Origin: Octopus vulgaris
Lineage: Eukaryota
Direction: 5' to 3'
DNA: 64,000 nt
NCBI GenBank assembly: GCA_951406725.2
Contig: OX597828.1
Span: 22,692,001 to 22,756,000, forward strand
Positions 14,689 through 28,147 of this stretch are shown piece by piece (position 1 is the stretch's first letter; every line of letters begins with the position of its first letter). The notes beneath the pieces are model-generated. The model worked only from the letters and a program-made list of their open reading frames with translations. It was not told where the DNA came from and searched no databases. The translations under genes were made by a program, and so were the position numbers.

Positions 14689-14940
14689 AAATGGGACAAG
14701 AACGCAAAACATCCGGACAGCTAGGTGATATAAAAATGGGACAACAAAACATCCAAATAGATGATACAAAGAAAACATGGACGGGTCATTCGAAGTTTTC
14801 TTTCCTCAGTCAAGTATCAGATTATCCTCGCAATTTCGGTTGATTATACTTGAGATTGCTCCAATCTGGCCAAGCCCAAGGGAAAAACTAAGCTAACAGC
14901 ATTAGATTCCTTGGAAGAAAGCAGCGTATGTATACAACGG
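14686..14940. mobile_element. (TA)n-adjacent non-coding insert with internal direct repeat and pseudoknot-like module
   Basis: Starts right after (TA)n. AAAATGGGACAA..CAAAACATCC is repeated twice. Nested and crossing complementary segments at 14801-14885. Confidence 0.4.
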
Positions 14941-15299
14941 ACAATGTTACACAAATATAAATACAATAAAAATAATATCAGGATATAACAAGTGTCTGTG
15001 CGTATAGATATATGAATACATGTAAATGTATAACATAATTAAGGAGAATGGTGTGAGGAAATTGTTGTATTATATAAATTTGGAATTGTTAAATCTACAT
15101 TTTGTTAGTGAGGTATTGGTATATTATTATATTATATTATATGTCTAAGAATATTAGAACACTACTAACGCAAAAATATCGATTTTTGATGCCTTTGTTT
15201 TAAAATTCCAAATCCAAATGGATTTTATACATATTATATTGTGTTATTTAATAATACCAACAACAACAAATATAATAATCTATAAAAATATTAATAATA

Positions 15300-15814
15300 T
15301 AAACTAAGCAAATATAAAGATTTTGTAATATAAATTGGTAAAATGTGGAAGCTCAAGACTAAAACAATAGCTGTTTCATAAGTGCCCTAGAAATGATAGC
15401 AAAAGGGGCTGATTGCTACCTAGCTCAAATAAAAGGAAAGCCAAAGACGGAAGAAATGAAAAAAATTAATGTTCTCATGGGAACTGCCTATATCCTACGT
15501 AAAATGTTATCTATGTAATCCTTAAAATATTTAAATCCGTAAACAGTGTCCAAATGCTTTTTAATGCACATAACAGCAAAGACTTTTTACTGCCATCTTA
15601 ACGTTATATAATCATCTTATAATCAAATTACATTTCAAACAAATTCTAATATACTTATGTTTTGACAAATGTTCTCTAGGACAATACTCCGTTCAAATCC
15701 AAATATATGGCACCCTATTCATAACATCAACTTGAGCTTCTAACTTAACACATGAGGCCTTTGGGTGAGACTTGGAGTCAACTAGTACAAATAGAAAGCA
15801 AAACCCAAACATAT

Positions 15815-15815
<1 letters not shown>
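15300..15815 (+). mobile_element. R4/Dong-like LINE 3' end plus UTR, ending in (TAA)n
   Basis: GKMWKLKTKTIAV..ALEMIAKGADCYLAQI...LMGTAYILRKMLSM* (stop about 15518), then a UTR, then (TAA)n at 15817-15866. Confidence 0.78.
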
Positions 15816-15867
<52 letters not shown>

Positions 15868-15869
<2 letters not shown>

Positions 15870-16425
15870 GCCCTGATGCAGTACCAGGCAGTGGCTCTCA
15901 TGGCTTCTGATCTTAACTGATTGGAAGTGTTATCATGTACACTGTTTTGTCTTGGTATAAAAGATGGGCTATAGCAAACATTCTGCTCAGTACCACAGAT
16001 TTGCTTTTCAGTTATTTGACCTTAACCAGTTGAGCATGTCTCTTAGTGGCTGGCAATATATAAATCTGTGGTCACGAGCAGAATTAATGAGGAAGCATCA
16101 TAGCCATGTGTCGAGAGGAATTTCTTTCGAGTTTGAATAATTCGCCTCTAGAAACTTGGGGGTTTCATTTAACTTCCTTAAATAAACCTTATTCAAGGAC
16201 CATTTGTGTGGGTAGGGCGACTTGAGCTGAAGTAAATTCAAACTGGGCTCCATCTGGAAGGTCATGCGCTGTTTATCTTGATAAGAGATCACAATGTCAT
16301 GCACATATGGTTGTGATTCATGTGCCTGGTGTACCCTTGTCAGACGGGTAGTCATGATGGGTATACTGCGCTGCGTATATTATATTCCAGTATTACTTTG
16401 TTGGCATTCTCTGCGCTTCCACTCA
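15868..16425 (+). mobile_element. Non-coding retroelement (probable LINE 3' UTR or SINE) flanked by (TAA)n
   Basis: Bounded by (TAA)n on both sides. Its last 120 bp recur at 53521-53638 with the same 3' end CACTC(AAT)n. Confidence 0.7.
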
Positions 16426-16436
16426 ATAATAATAAT

Positions 16437-16495
<59 letters not shown>

Positions 16496-16496
<1 letters not shown>

Positions 16497-16980
16497 TCAG
16501 TCTAATCGGTCAGGCATAATTACGAAAGACAGGGAAGAAAATGCTTATAGACTAATAGAAATAAGTGTTTTCACTGATAGAAATGTGTCTGTTAGGGAAT
16601 TTAACAAACCAAGTAGATATAAGGACCTGGATATTGAAGTACAAAAGATGTGGCATCTTAAAAAAGGAACGTTTTTCTTATTGTAGATGCCCTAGGTATG
16701 ATAAAAGTGCGATGTCAGAAACATCTAGATAAGACGCCAGGAGAACCAGGTCTCAAAGTAATACAAAAGATTGTGCTGACAAACACTGTCCACGTTCTTA
16801 GAAAAACACTATTCATTTAAATGTCAGTGTTTTATTACATGAATATATTTTGCTACTTCCCCTCCCAAGCTATCAGTATACTGTAACGTATCTTATCCTT
16901 CACCCGCCTCAGGGCACTGGGTGTGTCTCGTTTACTGATTGTAACAAACATGCAAATTAAAAGTAAATAAGTAATTAAGT
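16496..16980 (+). mobile_element. R4/Dong-like LINE 5'-truncated copy (same family as 12075-12960)
   Basis: IQSNRSGIITKDREENAYRLIEISVFTDRNVSVREFNKPSRYKDLDIEVQKMWHLK...IQKIVLTNTVHVLRKTLFI*. UTR homologous to 12075-12240. (TAA)n on both sides. Confidence 0.88.
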
Positions 16981-16983
16981 AAT

Positions 16984-17067
<84 letters not shown>

Positions 17068-17252
17068 ATAATAAATATAATTTAGCGACGCTCTTCTCAT
17101 AAAATATTGATGAAAACAATTATAATATTTTGCAATAAGACAAGTCGCTTAATCCATTTCCGTATTATACTTGTGTTTGATGGTCCGTACCCGTGGATAA
17201 TTAAAAAAATCACTCCAGGATTAAAACCCAAATATAATTGTTTTATATATAT

Positions 17253-17357
<105 letters not shown>

Positions 17358-17924
17358 TATATTTTTGTACGTGTGTTTATCCTTGTGTATGTGTGGTGAT
17401 ATGTGTCTATTATATGTATTGTTGTTTATCAATAGAAATTTCAGAAAAACAAACTATTTACTGATAGAGGTACTGTGTAGAGTAGTAATCGAATTCAAAA
17501 TATTTAGAGTTGACAACTAGAACCTCACGTTTTACCCTAAATTCCGATTTATTAATTCAGACAGGGCGAACAGCGTAATAAGGTGCAGACTGAAATCTCA
17601 GCCATGTATATCTTGATATATGCGCATCTGTGTAAAAGTGTACGACAGTTTTCGTGTGCGTGGTTAGCTTTGCTTATGTGTACATTTTTGTGACCTGCGC
17701 TTCAATAATGCAGTTGTTGTTCTGTTGTTTATGTGATTCGTAAATGTAAATATAACATGGTTTATTCCAGTTCGTATTGGTAATGTATCTAGATTATCTA
17801 ACATGAACATACTTCCAGCGACTTCACAGAACAAATAGAAACATCGCTATCATCAGTAGCACCATCACTGTTGTTAACACCATCATTGACAGCACCGATG
17901 TCAACATCAGAATCGATGTCATCA

Positions 17925-18009
17925 TCATCATCATTATCATCATTCTCATCATCGTCGGTCGTATTCGTCATTAGCATCGACATCACCATGAGTATCGTCA
18001 GCATTATTC

Positions 18010-18044
<35 letters not shown>

Positions 18045-18495
18045 GTCATCATCATCATCATCATCATCACCATCACGACCACCACGGCCACAACCATTAG
18101 AACGTCACTGGCAACAACACCGCCACATCACCTTCAAAACATCATCACTATAAACAAACAGTAACACACGAAATTAAATATTATAAAATAATATCTAATT
18201 ACAACAAGTTATTTTTTTTTTCTATTAGAGAGAACAGTGACACCGAAAACATTTCAAAAATAAAAAAATTAAAAATCCACAAGGAATTATAAAAAATATT
18301 CTATTTTTCTAAATAATTACGAAATAAAATACTCAACGTGATCCCTCTACAAGACATTTTTTTGAAAACCATTATTCACTTACTATTTATTCCTTTATTT
18401 TTATATCTAATTCCAAGAAAGTGTTCGCTATTGTCGCGATTGACACCGAAGGAAATTAGAGGAGACATATTCATCTTTTGTTGTTGTTGATGCTG

Positions 18496-18526
<31 letters not shown>

Positions 18527-18543
18527 CATCATCATCATCAACA

Positions 18544-18604
<61 letters not shown>

Positions 18605-18618
18605 CATTATTATTATTA

Positions 18619-18655
<37 letters not shown>

Positions 18656-18669
18656 CATTATTATTATTA

Positions 18670-18723
<54 letters not shown>

Positions 18724-18830
18724 TGCTATTATGAAACTTACTATTATCAATTAAATTACTATTATTTTTTTTTGATTTATTATAATTTTTAATTATAATT
18801 ACAATTATTATTATTATTATAAATATAATT
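17925..18830. repeat. (CAT)n and (ATT)n microsatellites
   Basis: Direct reading; unique AT-rich spacer at about 18150-18490. Confidence 0.9.
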
Positions 18831-19169
18831 ACTATTATTGTTATTCTTAGTTTTAAGTTTGTGTCTTTCTTTTCTTTTTGTTTTTATAATTATTTTTATT
18901 ATGACGATGGCAAGAGTCTCGCTTCTGACTTGGTAATTTTACGTTAGAATTCTTAGGAGAGAGACCGAAAATTTTACACAATAGTCAAAACAAAGCAACG
19001 GAACCGCAAAAGCAACAAAAAATAAAATCGGAAGACAAGAATGGTAATTAACCAGCATCGGTTCACCAGAACAATTCCAAAGAAGACGAGCAAATGTGCA
19101 GCATTCCTTTAAACGCACAGCATGTGATAACATAACTGAAATTAGTTCTTTGCATCACTGCCTTTCTTT

Positions 19170-19213
<44 letters not shown>

Positions 19214-19485
19214 CTTTCTATCTATATTTATATATATTTTTTAGATTCTTAAAACAAGTATTTCTTGAAAGAATTAAAAACAAAATAAATGTAAGAGAAG
19301 TAAATAGAATGCAAGAAATTAATTATTTTAAAATGAAAGAGTCAAAATTAAGGAAGAATCACCGAAAAGAAGAAACAAAATGAAATACGCGGGCCTTAAA
19401 GCAGACGATAGGGAAAGCATGCGAAAGAATGAAAAATTGAGGATATACATACGAACACGCACGCACAGACACAAATGCATGAACA

Positions 19486-19540
<55 letters not shown>

Positions 19541-19734
19541 GTACATGTGAATACAAATCTATATATGTAACCGTGTGTGCATGCATGCTTATACATGTAT
19601 ATATACATATAGATAGATATGCATTTATATACGTATACATGAATGTATATATGTCTGTATATGGATGTATGTATAATTATATATATATAAACGTATATAC
19701 ACACATACATATACATTCATGTATACCTATCTAT

Positions 19735-19806
<72 letters not shown>

Positions 19807-19807
19807 A

Positions 19808-19841
<34 letters not shown>

Positions 19842-20509
19842 CATACACACACACACAGACGAAAATAAATTAAATTTCTATTGTTATTGAATAAAAACTC
19901 AAGATAAAAAAGATAAGAGGAATAGACACGGACGATGCGGCAAAGAAAAACTGTTATTCTGATTTTTAGAGAATGCGTTCGTTTTTACGTTTTTGTTGTC
20001 TTTTTAACCACCATACAACTAAATTTTAAAGTTCTTTCAATCTTTTGCAACATCGAAAACGAACAACACAAATTATACACTAGAAAGTAAATGAGAGAAA
20101 GGAAAAAAAATCACGATTTTGCTAGTGATGATGATGATGATAGTGGTGATGCTGCTGATGACGATGATGATGATGATGATGGTGGAGGAGGTGATGATCC
20201 CGTAGGTGACAAGATTACGTGATGACCATGAAGGAGCGGCAAATTGTGAGGGAGGAATGGCGGCGAAAACTCGGACTAAGACTCTTTCAATGGTGACAGT
20301 GATGATGATGATGATGATAGCAAAAAAAAAACAATCGACAAAAAAAATACCAACAGCAACAATGATAATGTTTTTATTAACCCCTCCCCCCGGGCACATA
20401 GACGAGGGGATACATGACGAGAAATGACAAAATTTTATGTGGGCATTTGCGTTAAGGATAAGCAGAAAGGAATAGAAAAGATAGAGAAATGCGATAAATG
20501 TATACGTAT

Positions 20510-20720
20510 GGTTTCAAATTTGGAACCTTGGCAATAATTTCTGAAGGAAGAAAAGTTGATTACATCGCCCCCAGTATTTGACTGGTACGCACTTTATCAA
20601 ACCTAAAAGGATGAAAAAAAAAAAATCGACCTCGACTAAATTTGAACGCAGACATTAATGCGAAAGAAATGTCTCTAAGGATTTTGTCCGCTATGGTAAC
20701 CATTTTGTCAGCTCGACGCT
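20510..20720 (-). mobile_element. Degraded SINE B
   Basis: GATTACATCGCCCCCAGTATTTGACTGGTAC...TCGACCTCGACTAAATTTGAAC. Confidence 0.6.
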
Positions 20721-20754
20721 TAATAATAATAACAACAACAACAACAACAACAAC

Positions 20755-20804
<50 letters not shown>

Positions 20805-20893
20805 TAATAATAATGGTGATGATGATGATAACAATAATGATGGTGATGATGATGATAATGATAATAACGATGATAATAATAATGGAAATAATT

Positions 20894-20939
<46 letters not shown>

Positions 20940-20940
<1 letters not shown>

Positions 20941-21200
20941 TGTTCCTGTTTTTATGGGTGCTCTACGTATGGTAAGAAAGGAATGACAGGAATATCAAAG
21001 TATCTCAGGAGAAACATGATTCACAGATATCCAAAAGATTGTGTTGACAAGTACTGCCCACATCCTTGGGAAAAACCTACCAGTTTATATATCTGTGTTT
21101 TATTACATGAACATATTTGCCTACCGCCCCTTCCGCTTACCCTCTCGAAGCTTTCAGTCATAATGTAACTCTAGGATGCTGCGTGTGTCTTGACAGATAA
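20940..21200 (+). mobile_element. R4/Dong-like LINE short 3' fragment
   Basis: TVPVFMGALRMVRK...IQKIVLTSTAHILGKT, starting directly after (TAA)n. Confidence 0.8.
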
Positions 21201-21318
21201 ACAGTAAACAAGAACAATAATATTGTCTGAAATTTGGGGGTAGAGATTAAGCCGATTATATCGACCCCCAGTACGTAACTGGTAAGCAAGCTACTTACCA
21301 CACAGCCACTCCTGCTCC

Positions 21319-21400
<82 letters not shown>

Positions 21401-21468
21401 TATATTCGTATATAACCATGTATATTAGAATCTTTATGTATATGGAAGTATTTATATATCTAGAAACC

Positions 21469-21862
21469 GACGAGCTGGCAGAAACGCTAGCGCGCCGGAC
21501 GAAATGTTTAGCGGTATTTCGTCTGCCGTTACGTTCTGAGTTCAAATTCCACCGAGGTCGACTTTGCCTTTCATCCATTCGGGGTCGATTAAATAAGTAC
21601 CAGTTACGCACTGGGGTCGATATAATCGACTTAATCCGTTTGTCTGTCCTTGTTTGTCCTCTCTGTGTTTAGCCCTTTGTGGGTAGTAAAGAAATAGGTG
21701 TTTCGTCCGTCTTTCCGTTCTAAGTTCAAATTCTGCCGAGGTAGAATTTGCTTTTCACCATTTCGGAGTCGACAAATTAATTACAACATGCGCACTTGGA
21801 TCGATCTAATCGACTGCCCCCCCCCACAAGATTTCGAACCCTGTACCTTGAGTAGAAAAGAA
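21469..21862 (+). mobile_element. tRNA-derived SINE family B (Meta/MESC-like core), dimeric
   Basis: GAGCTGGCAGAAACG head, GAGTTCAAATTCC B box, GCCTTTCATCC..GGGGTCGAT..AAGTACCAG core. A second head-less unit starts at about 21697. Confidence 0.85.
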
Positions 21863-22443
21863 TATTTATATATGTATATATAAATAGACACATAATACAA
21901 ACATACTTATATACATGCATACAGACAGACATAACGAAAGTGACCGAGAGGAGAGAATCGAGTGCGCGTTTGTAACTGTGTATTTACGCTGGTCGGTACT
22001 TGAAAATATATCTATGCATACATTCATACATGAATGTGGTTATTATTTCAAAAATACTTTTTGGCTTTTTTATCTAACGAATCACAAATAAAATAAGGTT
22101 AGTTCGGGTGAAATTGACAGAGCAGGAAGAGGTTGTTAGAGTCAGGTTTAGTACGGTTTTACATCAATTTAAAATAACAAATGAGAAATAGATAGAATTT
22201 CCCACTCCTTGCAAAAACAAGATTGTGATTACATGGCATTAATACGAAGCCTTACCCTTTAACGTAGCTATAATGAACATTAAAACATCAACATTAATGT
22301 TTATCTTGTATGTTCTTACGTTATATGGCATTCCATATATGTATGTGCATGGTTATATGTATACGTATATATATATGTCTATATATATATGTGTGTGTGT
22401 GTATATACATGTATGTATATATTTTATATATATATATATATAT

Positions 22444-22474
<31 letters not shown>

Positions 22475-22569
22475 AATGCATATATATGCATGTATGTATG
22501 TGTGTATATATATAATATATATATATATGTGTGGGTATTTACATACATATATATGTATATATGTGTGTA

Positions 22570-22627
<58 letters not shown>

Positions 22628-22851
22628 CTTACATTCGCATATGTGTATATGAATATATATTCATATAAACACTTGCATATTCATTACATGAATATATACA
22701 TTTGTATGAAGTTATATATGTGCGCGTGCATATGGATGCATGTATGCCAAATGCACATTCAAACAACGCTCGCATACAAGTCTATGTACACACGTATACA
22801 TATTGATATATGCATACAGCAATAACAGTAAGGTATCGTTCGTAAATACCC

Positions 22852-22895
<44 letters not shown>

Positions 22896-23295
22896 ATATA
22901 TAAATATACATATATATATATATATATATCAATAATAATAATGATGGTGATATGAAAGAAATATAAAATATAGCAAAATATGTAAATTTTGCAGCACTTG
23001 TAACGGAAATCAGTAAATATATTAGCATGTAATTGTTTTAAAGTGTACCAGCCACTTAAATTGTCCTAAATGTCTTTTTAGAATATAAACATTGATATAC
23101 ATATATGCCTTACATAAATACATAATACCTACCTGCACACACACACGTATATACGTACATAGATACACACATACATACGTATTTACATAAACACTTACCT
23201 AATATATACTTACCTATCTATATAACACGTTAAGATGGCAGTAAAAAGTGTTTGCTGTTATATAGATATGTTACCTACTTACCTATCTATTTATT

Positions 23296-23360
<65 letters not shown>

Positions 23361-23454
23361 AGTTGGAATTTATAGAAAATAAAGAGAAAACGATGATTGT
23401 GTATGAACAAGAAGAAAGTGTTTTAGTTTGACGCTCGGGAACACATGCAAAAGT

Positions 23455-23490
23455 CTTTTATGTTTCGATCCTATGCTCTTCAACAGAAAG
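23455..23490 (-). ncRNA. Decayed minimal hammerhead variant
   Basis: Minus strand: CTTT-CTGTTGA-a GAGC atag GATC-GAAA-C-ATA-AAAG. Helix I CTTT/AAAG; GAAACATA could be CpG-decayed GAAACGTA. Lies in a segment between TA tracts (about 23361-23690). Confidence 0.45.
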
Positions 23491-23686
23491 TAACACGATG
23501 AAATAAACAAGGATAGTATCAAAAGACCTTTTAGATTTCATTGGTCCAACATGTCGAATATGCGCCCCACATTATTAGGCAAATCAACCTTCTCTCAATA
23601 AATAAATGTATATTCGTTCAAAACCAGTTGTTTTTCCACTGACTGTAGGTAACGCCTGTCTGCGCACATTCTATTAAAACGAATCA

Positions 23687-23729
<43 letters not shown>

Positions 23730-23937
23730 AGTGTGTGTGAGACTGCATTTGTCCACCACCAACGCTTGACAACCGGTATTGGTGTGCTTATGTCCCTGTA
23801 AGTTATCCAACAAGATGCCAATAGAATAATTACCAGGCTTAAGAAAGTTATATTCCGGGGTCGATTTATTCGACAAGAAATACTTCATGTTGGTACCTCA
23901 GCATTGCCGATGCCTGGTGACTATTATCAATGAAAGA
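23730..23937 (+). mobile_element. SINE family A, 3' half
   Basis: CGCTTGACAACCGGTATTGGTGTG...GGGGTCGATTTATTCGAC matches the family A 3' half. Confidence 0.65.
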
Positions 23938-25339
23938 TGTGTGTGTGTCTGTGTGTTTGTACATTTTAAACTGCCTATCTCTCCATTTATTTAGTATGTA
24001 TTTATGTATCTCGAATGTGGGTGTGTGTGTGTTAGTGCGTGCGTATGTGTATTGTGAGTGTACGAATGAATGTGGCGAAGAACGCTGGCGGATACAGGTA
24101 CATTTATAAAATATATCTAAAGAAGTACACACGTAGTCGTGTTATTGCATCTTTGTCATTCTCAAATATAACTGAAAATATTTTGCTATGAATAAAATAA
24201 AGAAAAGTACACGCAAACATTGTCGATTTATTACAATATCTTCAACGACCGAAGAGTTAAATCAAACACTCTTTTATGAAACGTAATTTTGGATCTGAAA
24301 CAAAATGGCTGCCTTCATCTTGAATACTTCTATTTGTTTCTTCTGTTACAAATCATTGTGTACTTATGTATATCAGACTGTGTTGTATACTATTTTTATG
24401 TAAGAGATAAGAGAATAACAAAGGGTCAGCTGAAATGAATGAGTTCAAGTGGTTTCATATTTAGATTAAATGCACTGAAGTATAGAGATTTAGTTTTTCT
24501 TTCAAATATTATGAAGAGTTCAAATAACTATTTCTCGCGTTTATAAATTGAGCAAGAATCAGTTGGCTTATGAAGAAATTGTATTGTTTTGGTGATATTC
24601 AAACATTTTTTCACAGAATATATATATATCGTCACAGAATTTTCATAGCTGCATTGTTACCATGTCTTTGAGGAAATAACTGCAAGATCAAAGTTTATTT
24701 CCATGTAGACAATATCCTAACCATGGTCAGTCGGAATTTCCAGCGTCTGATCTGCTTCGTAAGAAGATCGGAATGAAATGGTTAAAAATATCAAACCGAG
24801 CGGTAGCCTCAATAATGAATTTATATCTCATTATAGCAAGAACTTAAAATAATGAATTATGAAAAATACAATAATATTTGGAATTATGAAAGTATGAAAA
24901 ATACAGTAATATTTTACCCTAAGAAATCATTTCTCTCCATGCATATTCAATATATACCTTTAAATAATGGAATACCCCACGAAATAAGCAAGTTTGTACA
25001 ATGAAAGAATGTACACTTTTAGCTTACGTGTCGTGTGAGAAACATAATGTATACAGCTAGATGTGAAAGCAAAACTAATAGAAAACGCAGAAGCAGGGAA
25101 AGAGAAAGAAGGAGAAGAAAACAGATAACGTGTCGCTGTTGGATCATATATATTCATGTAATTATTCATATAGTATTTTATCGAAAATTATGATGCGAAA
25201 AACGACCCAGCTAACAACTGTCAGCATTGCGCAGACGCACTTTTTGTGATTCGTGATTAAAGCCTGTTCATTTATTCTACTTTTATAAATTGTTATATAT
25301 AAATTCTGCATAGAACAAAGGAGTTCCAAATACATATCC

Positions 25340-25435
25340 TGGAAGAAGAGTGCTGTATGAGGGCATGTATATCCCGAAAAAGTATAGAAACTCTGAAACG
25401 CTTGTTATGAGGATATTATCCCGGGTACATTACAT

Positions 25436-25469
<34 letters not shown>

Positions 25470-25565
25470 ATGTAATGTACCCGGGATAATATCCTCATAA
25501 CAAGCGTTTCAGAGTTTCTATACGTGTATCAGGATATACATATGCCCTCATACAGCACTCTTTTT

Positions 25566-25568
<3 letters not shown>
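25340..25568. repeat. Long palindrome centred on (AT)14
   Basis: Perfect 142-bp palindrome at 25382-25523 (57-bp arms plus a 28-bp AT centre), extended by diverged outer arms 25340-25381 / 25524-25568. Confidence 0.95.
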
Positions 25569-25655
<87 letters not shown>

Positions 25656-25657
<2 letters not shown>

Positions 25658-25941
25658 AGGCGCAATGGCCCAGTGGTTAGGGCAGCGGACTCGCGGTCGT
25701 AGGATCGCGGTTTCGATTCCCAGACCGGGCGTTGTGAGTGTTTATTGAGCGAAAACACCTAAAAGCTTCACGAGGCTCCAGCAGGAGGGGGGTGATCCCT
25801 GTTGTACTCTTTCACCACTCTTTCTTCTGTTTGCCTGCTCGCTTAGCCAGCGGGTTGGCGTCATTTGAAGGCTAAAACAATGCGAACGCATTGTGACCAG
25901 CGATGTGTAACTACATCCGATGGACTGGTCGGTCACGTGAT

Positions 25942-25948
<7 letters not shown>
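25656..25948 (+). mobile_element. tRNA-derived SINE family C, intact, inside (TA)n
   Basis: tRNA-like head with A box TGGCCCAGTGG and B box GTTTCGATTCC. Ends in palindromic TCACGTGATCACGTGA. (TA)n on both sides. Confidence 0.88.
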
Positions 25949-25974
<26 letters not shown>

Positions 25975-26498
25975 CGTACAGACTCAGGCACACATATACA
26001 TATATACATACAGAGACAGGGATGAGGGGATAGAGAGACATACCTATACATTATTAATTACAGTTCATTTCGCAAGAATTATGTGCATATATCAAATGTT
26101 TGCCTCCTTATCGGTTTGTATGTTTGTTTACTTTCTCACATACCTCTATATGATTTTTAACTAATAGTTACCGTATGTGTCACAATTATAGAGTTGCTTA
26201 GGCATGTTGTCTCAGAAGAGATCCGGTTGCTCAATGGCCAGGAAGTTTGATAAAAATCTTGGTTAAACATACAATGTAAACACGCACATATTTTCGATGA
26301 CGCTGCAACATATATCTGTTGATTTTGGCAGTTAAGTCTGTAGGAATACATACACACGATGTATATAAATGAATATATATATATACGTATATATATATGT
26401 ATATATATATATATGTGCGTATGTATATACATATGTATATATATATATATATGTATGTATATATGTACATATGTATATATATATATGTATATATGTAC

Positions 26499-26537
<39 letters not shown>

Positions 26538-26678
26538 CATATGTATATATATGTATGAATATATGTACATATATATATATATATATATGTGTGTGTGTAC
26601 ATATGTATATATGAATATATATGTATACATATATACGTATGTATATATGTATATATATATATTCATATATACATATGT

Positions 26679-26779
<101 letters not shown>

Positions 26780-27906
26780 CACATACGCGCGTGCATACAC
26801 ACACACACACACATATACATGTGTATATATGATAGACGTGTGCGGATATATGTGTGTAAATGCATATATTATAAAATTAAACATTAACTTAGTTAAATAG
26901 GTCATTACCAATGTATATGGTAGTAAAATGTATTCATAATAAATAGATGGGCGCTACTATTAATTGCAGATGGAACCTAGCATTTTCATCTCCGTGGGTC
27001 GGAATGAGATGAGAAATCAGTTTGGTAAATTGGTGCCGATTACTTTTGTAATTTTCAATCATTTTGTGTAAGCTTCACAGAAGATTCCGTCATTGGCTGT
27101 TGCTGAATTAAATGATGGGGATAGAAATATCGCCAAGTGTGTACACTCTAATTTATGTACTATATGGTCGGGGGCGTCACACAAGGACACACTTTTGATG
27201 ACAGCAGAGAGATAATAATTCCAATCCCACCTTCAGTTTTACGAAACCACTCGAAGATATGGGTCATACTGTCCTCCTACTCATTATGCTTACAATTTGG
27301 TGTTTCCTTTCCAATTGGTACAGTGATTTCCAAGATATTCCATATTATTTGATGAATGTCCAGATGTGTGGTCCTTCAATTTTCAACTGAATTAAATCGA
27401 GCTAATATTCCTCTCATTTTATCCCTTCATTTCGAATTGAATAATTTTTATGCAGGTGGTGTCGTTAATGAAATACCCTTTCAGCGTGCCCTGTATTACT
27501 TCCATGTACGTCTAGTTTGTAACGTTAACTCTATATAACATTACAAAACAAAGCGATAAATAGCAATGGAAGTAACGATGAATAGAATAACATAAAGGGA
27601 AAGTGACTTATAGGGCAATGCCCTTTATGAAATAGAAGAAAATAGAGAGGAAACGGAAGAAAGATATACAATACTGAAATCTGGAGGTCCATTTACATAT
27701 CGGGCTTAGTTTCTTACCCCAACCTCACTTTTTCTGTCTATCTCTTTGTCCTTCTCGCGATATATTTTATACCTACACACACAGTGATTAATGAATGTGA
27801 GGGTTTGTGTTTGCGAATATAACGATCATTACATTCACAGCATTCATCAATGGCACACCATGGGTGCACCAATGCTTGAACTCAAAGCGTATATACAAAT
27901 TAGACT

Positions 27907-27959
<53 letters not shown>

Positions 27960-27965
<6 letters not shown>

Positions 27966-28147
27966 AAGGAGCTTCTACAGGACTAGAACTGTTTCATTCA
28001 ATGAAATCTTCAGGGGCTTCCTGAAGATTTCATCTGAATGAAACAGTTCTAGTCCTGTAGAAGCTCCTTCTATAAAATAAATTAATTTACTCTGCTATGT
28101 ATTGAGTACCTTATTTACTGTGGTTAACCCCGACTCAACCCGGGACC

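Noticed and set aside
25656-25732. Possible tRNA gene (also 6251-6325)
   Set aside because: No proper acceptor stem, and the sequence continues into a repeated SINE body, so it is a SINE head.
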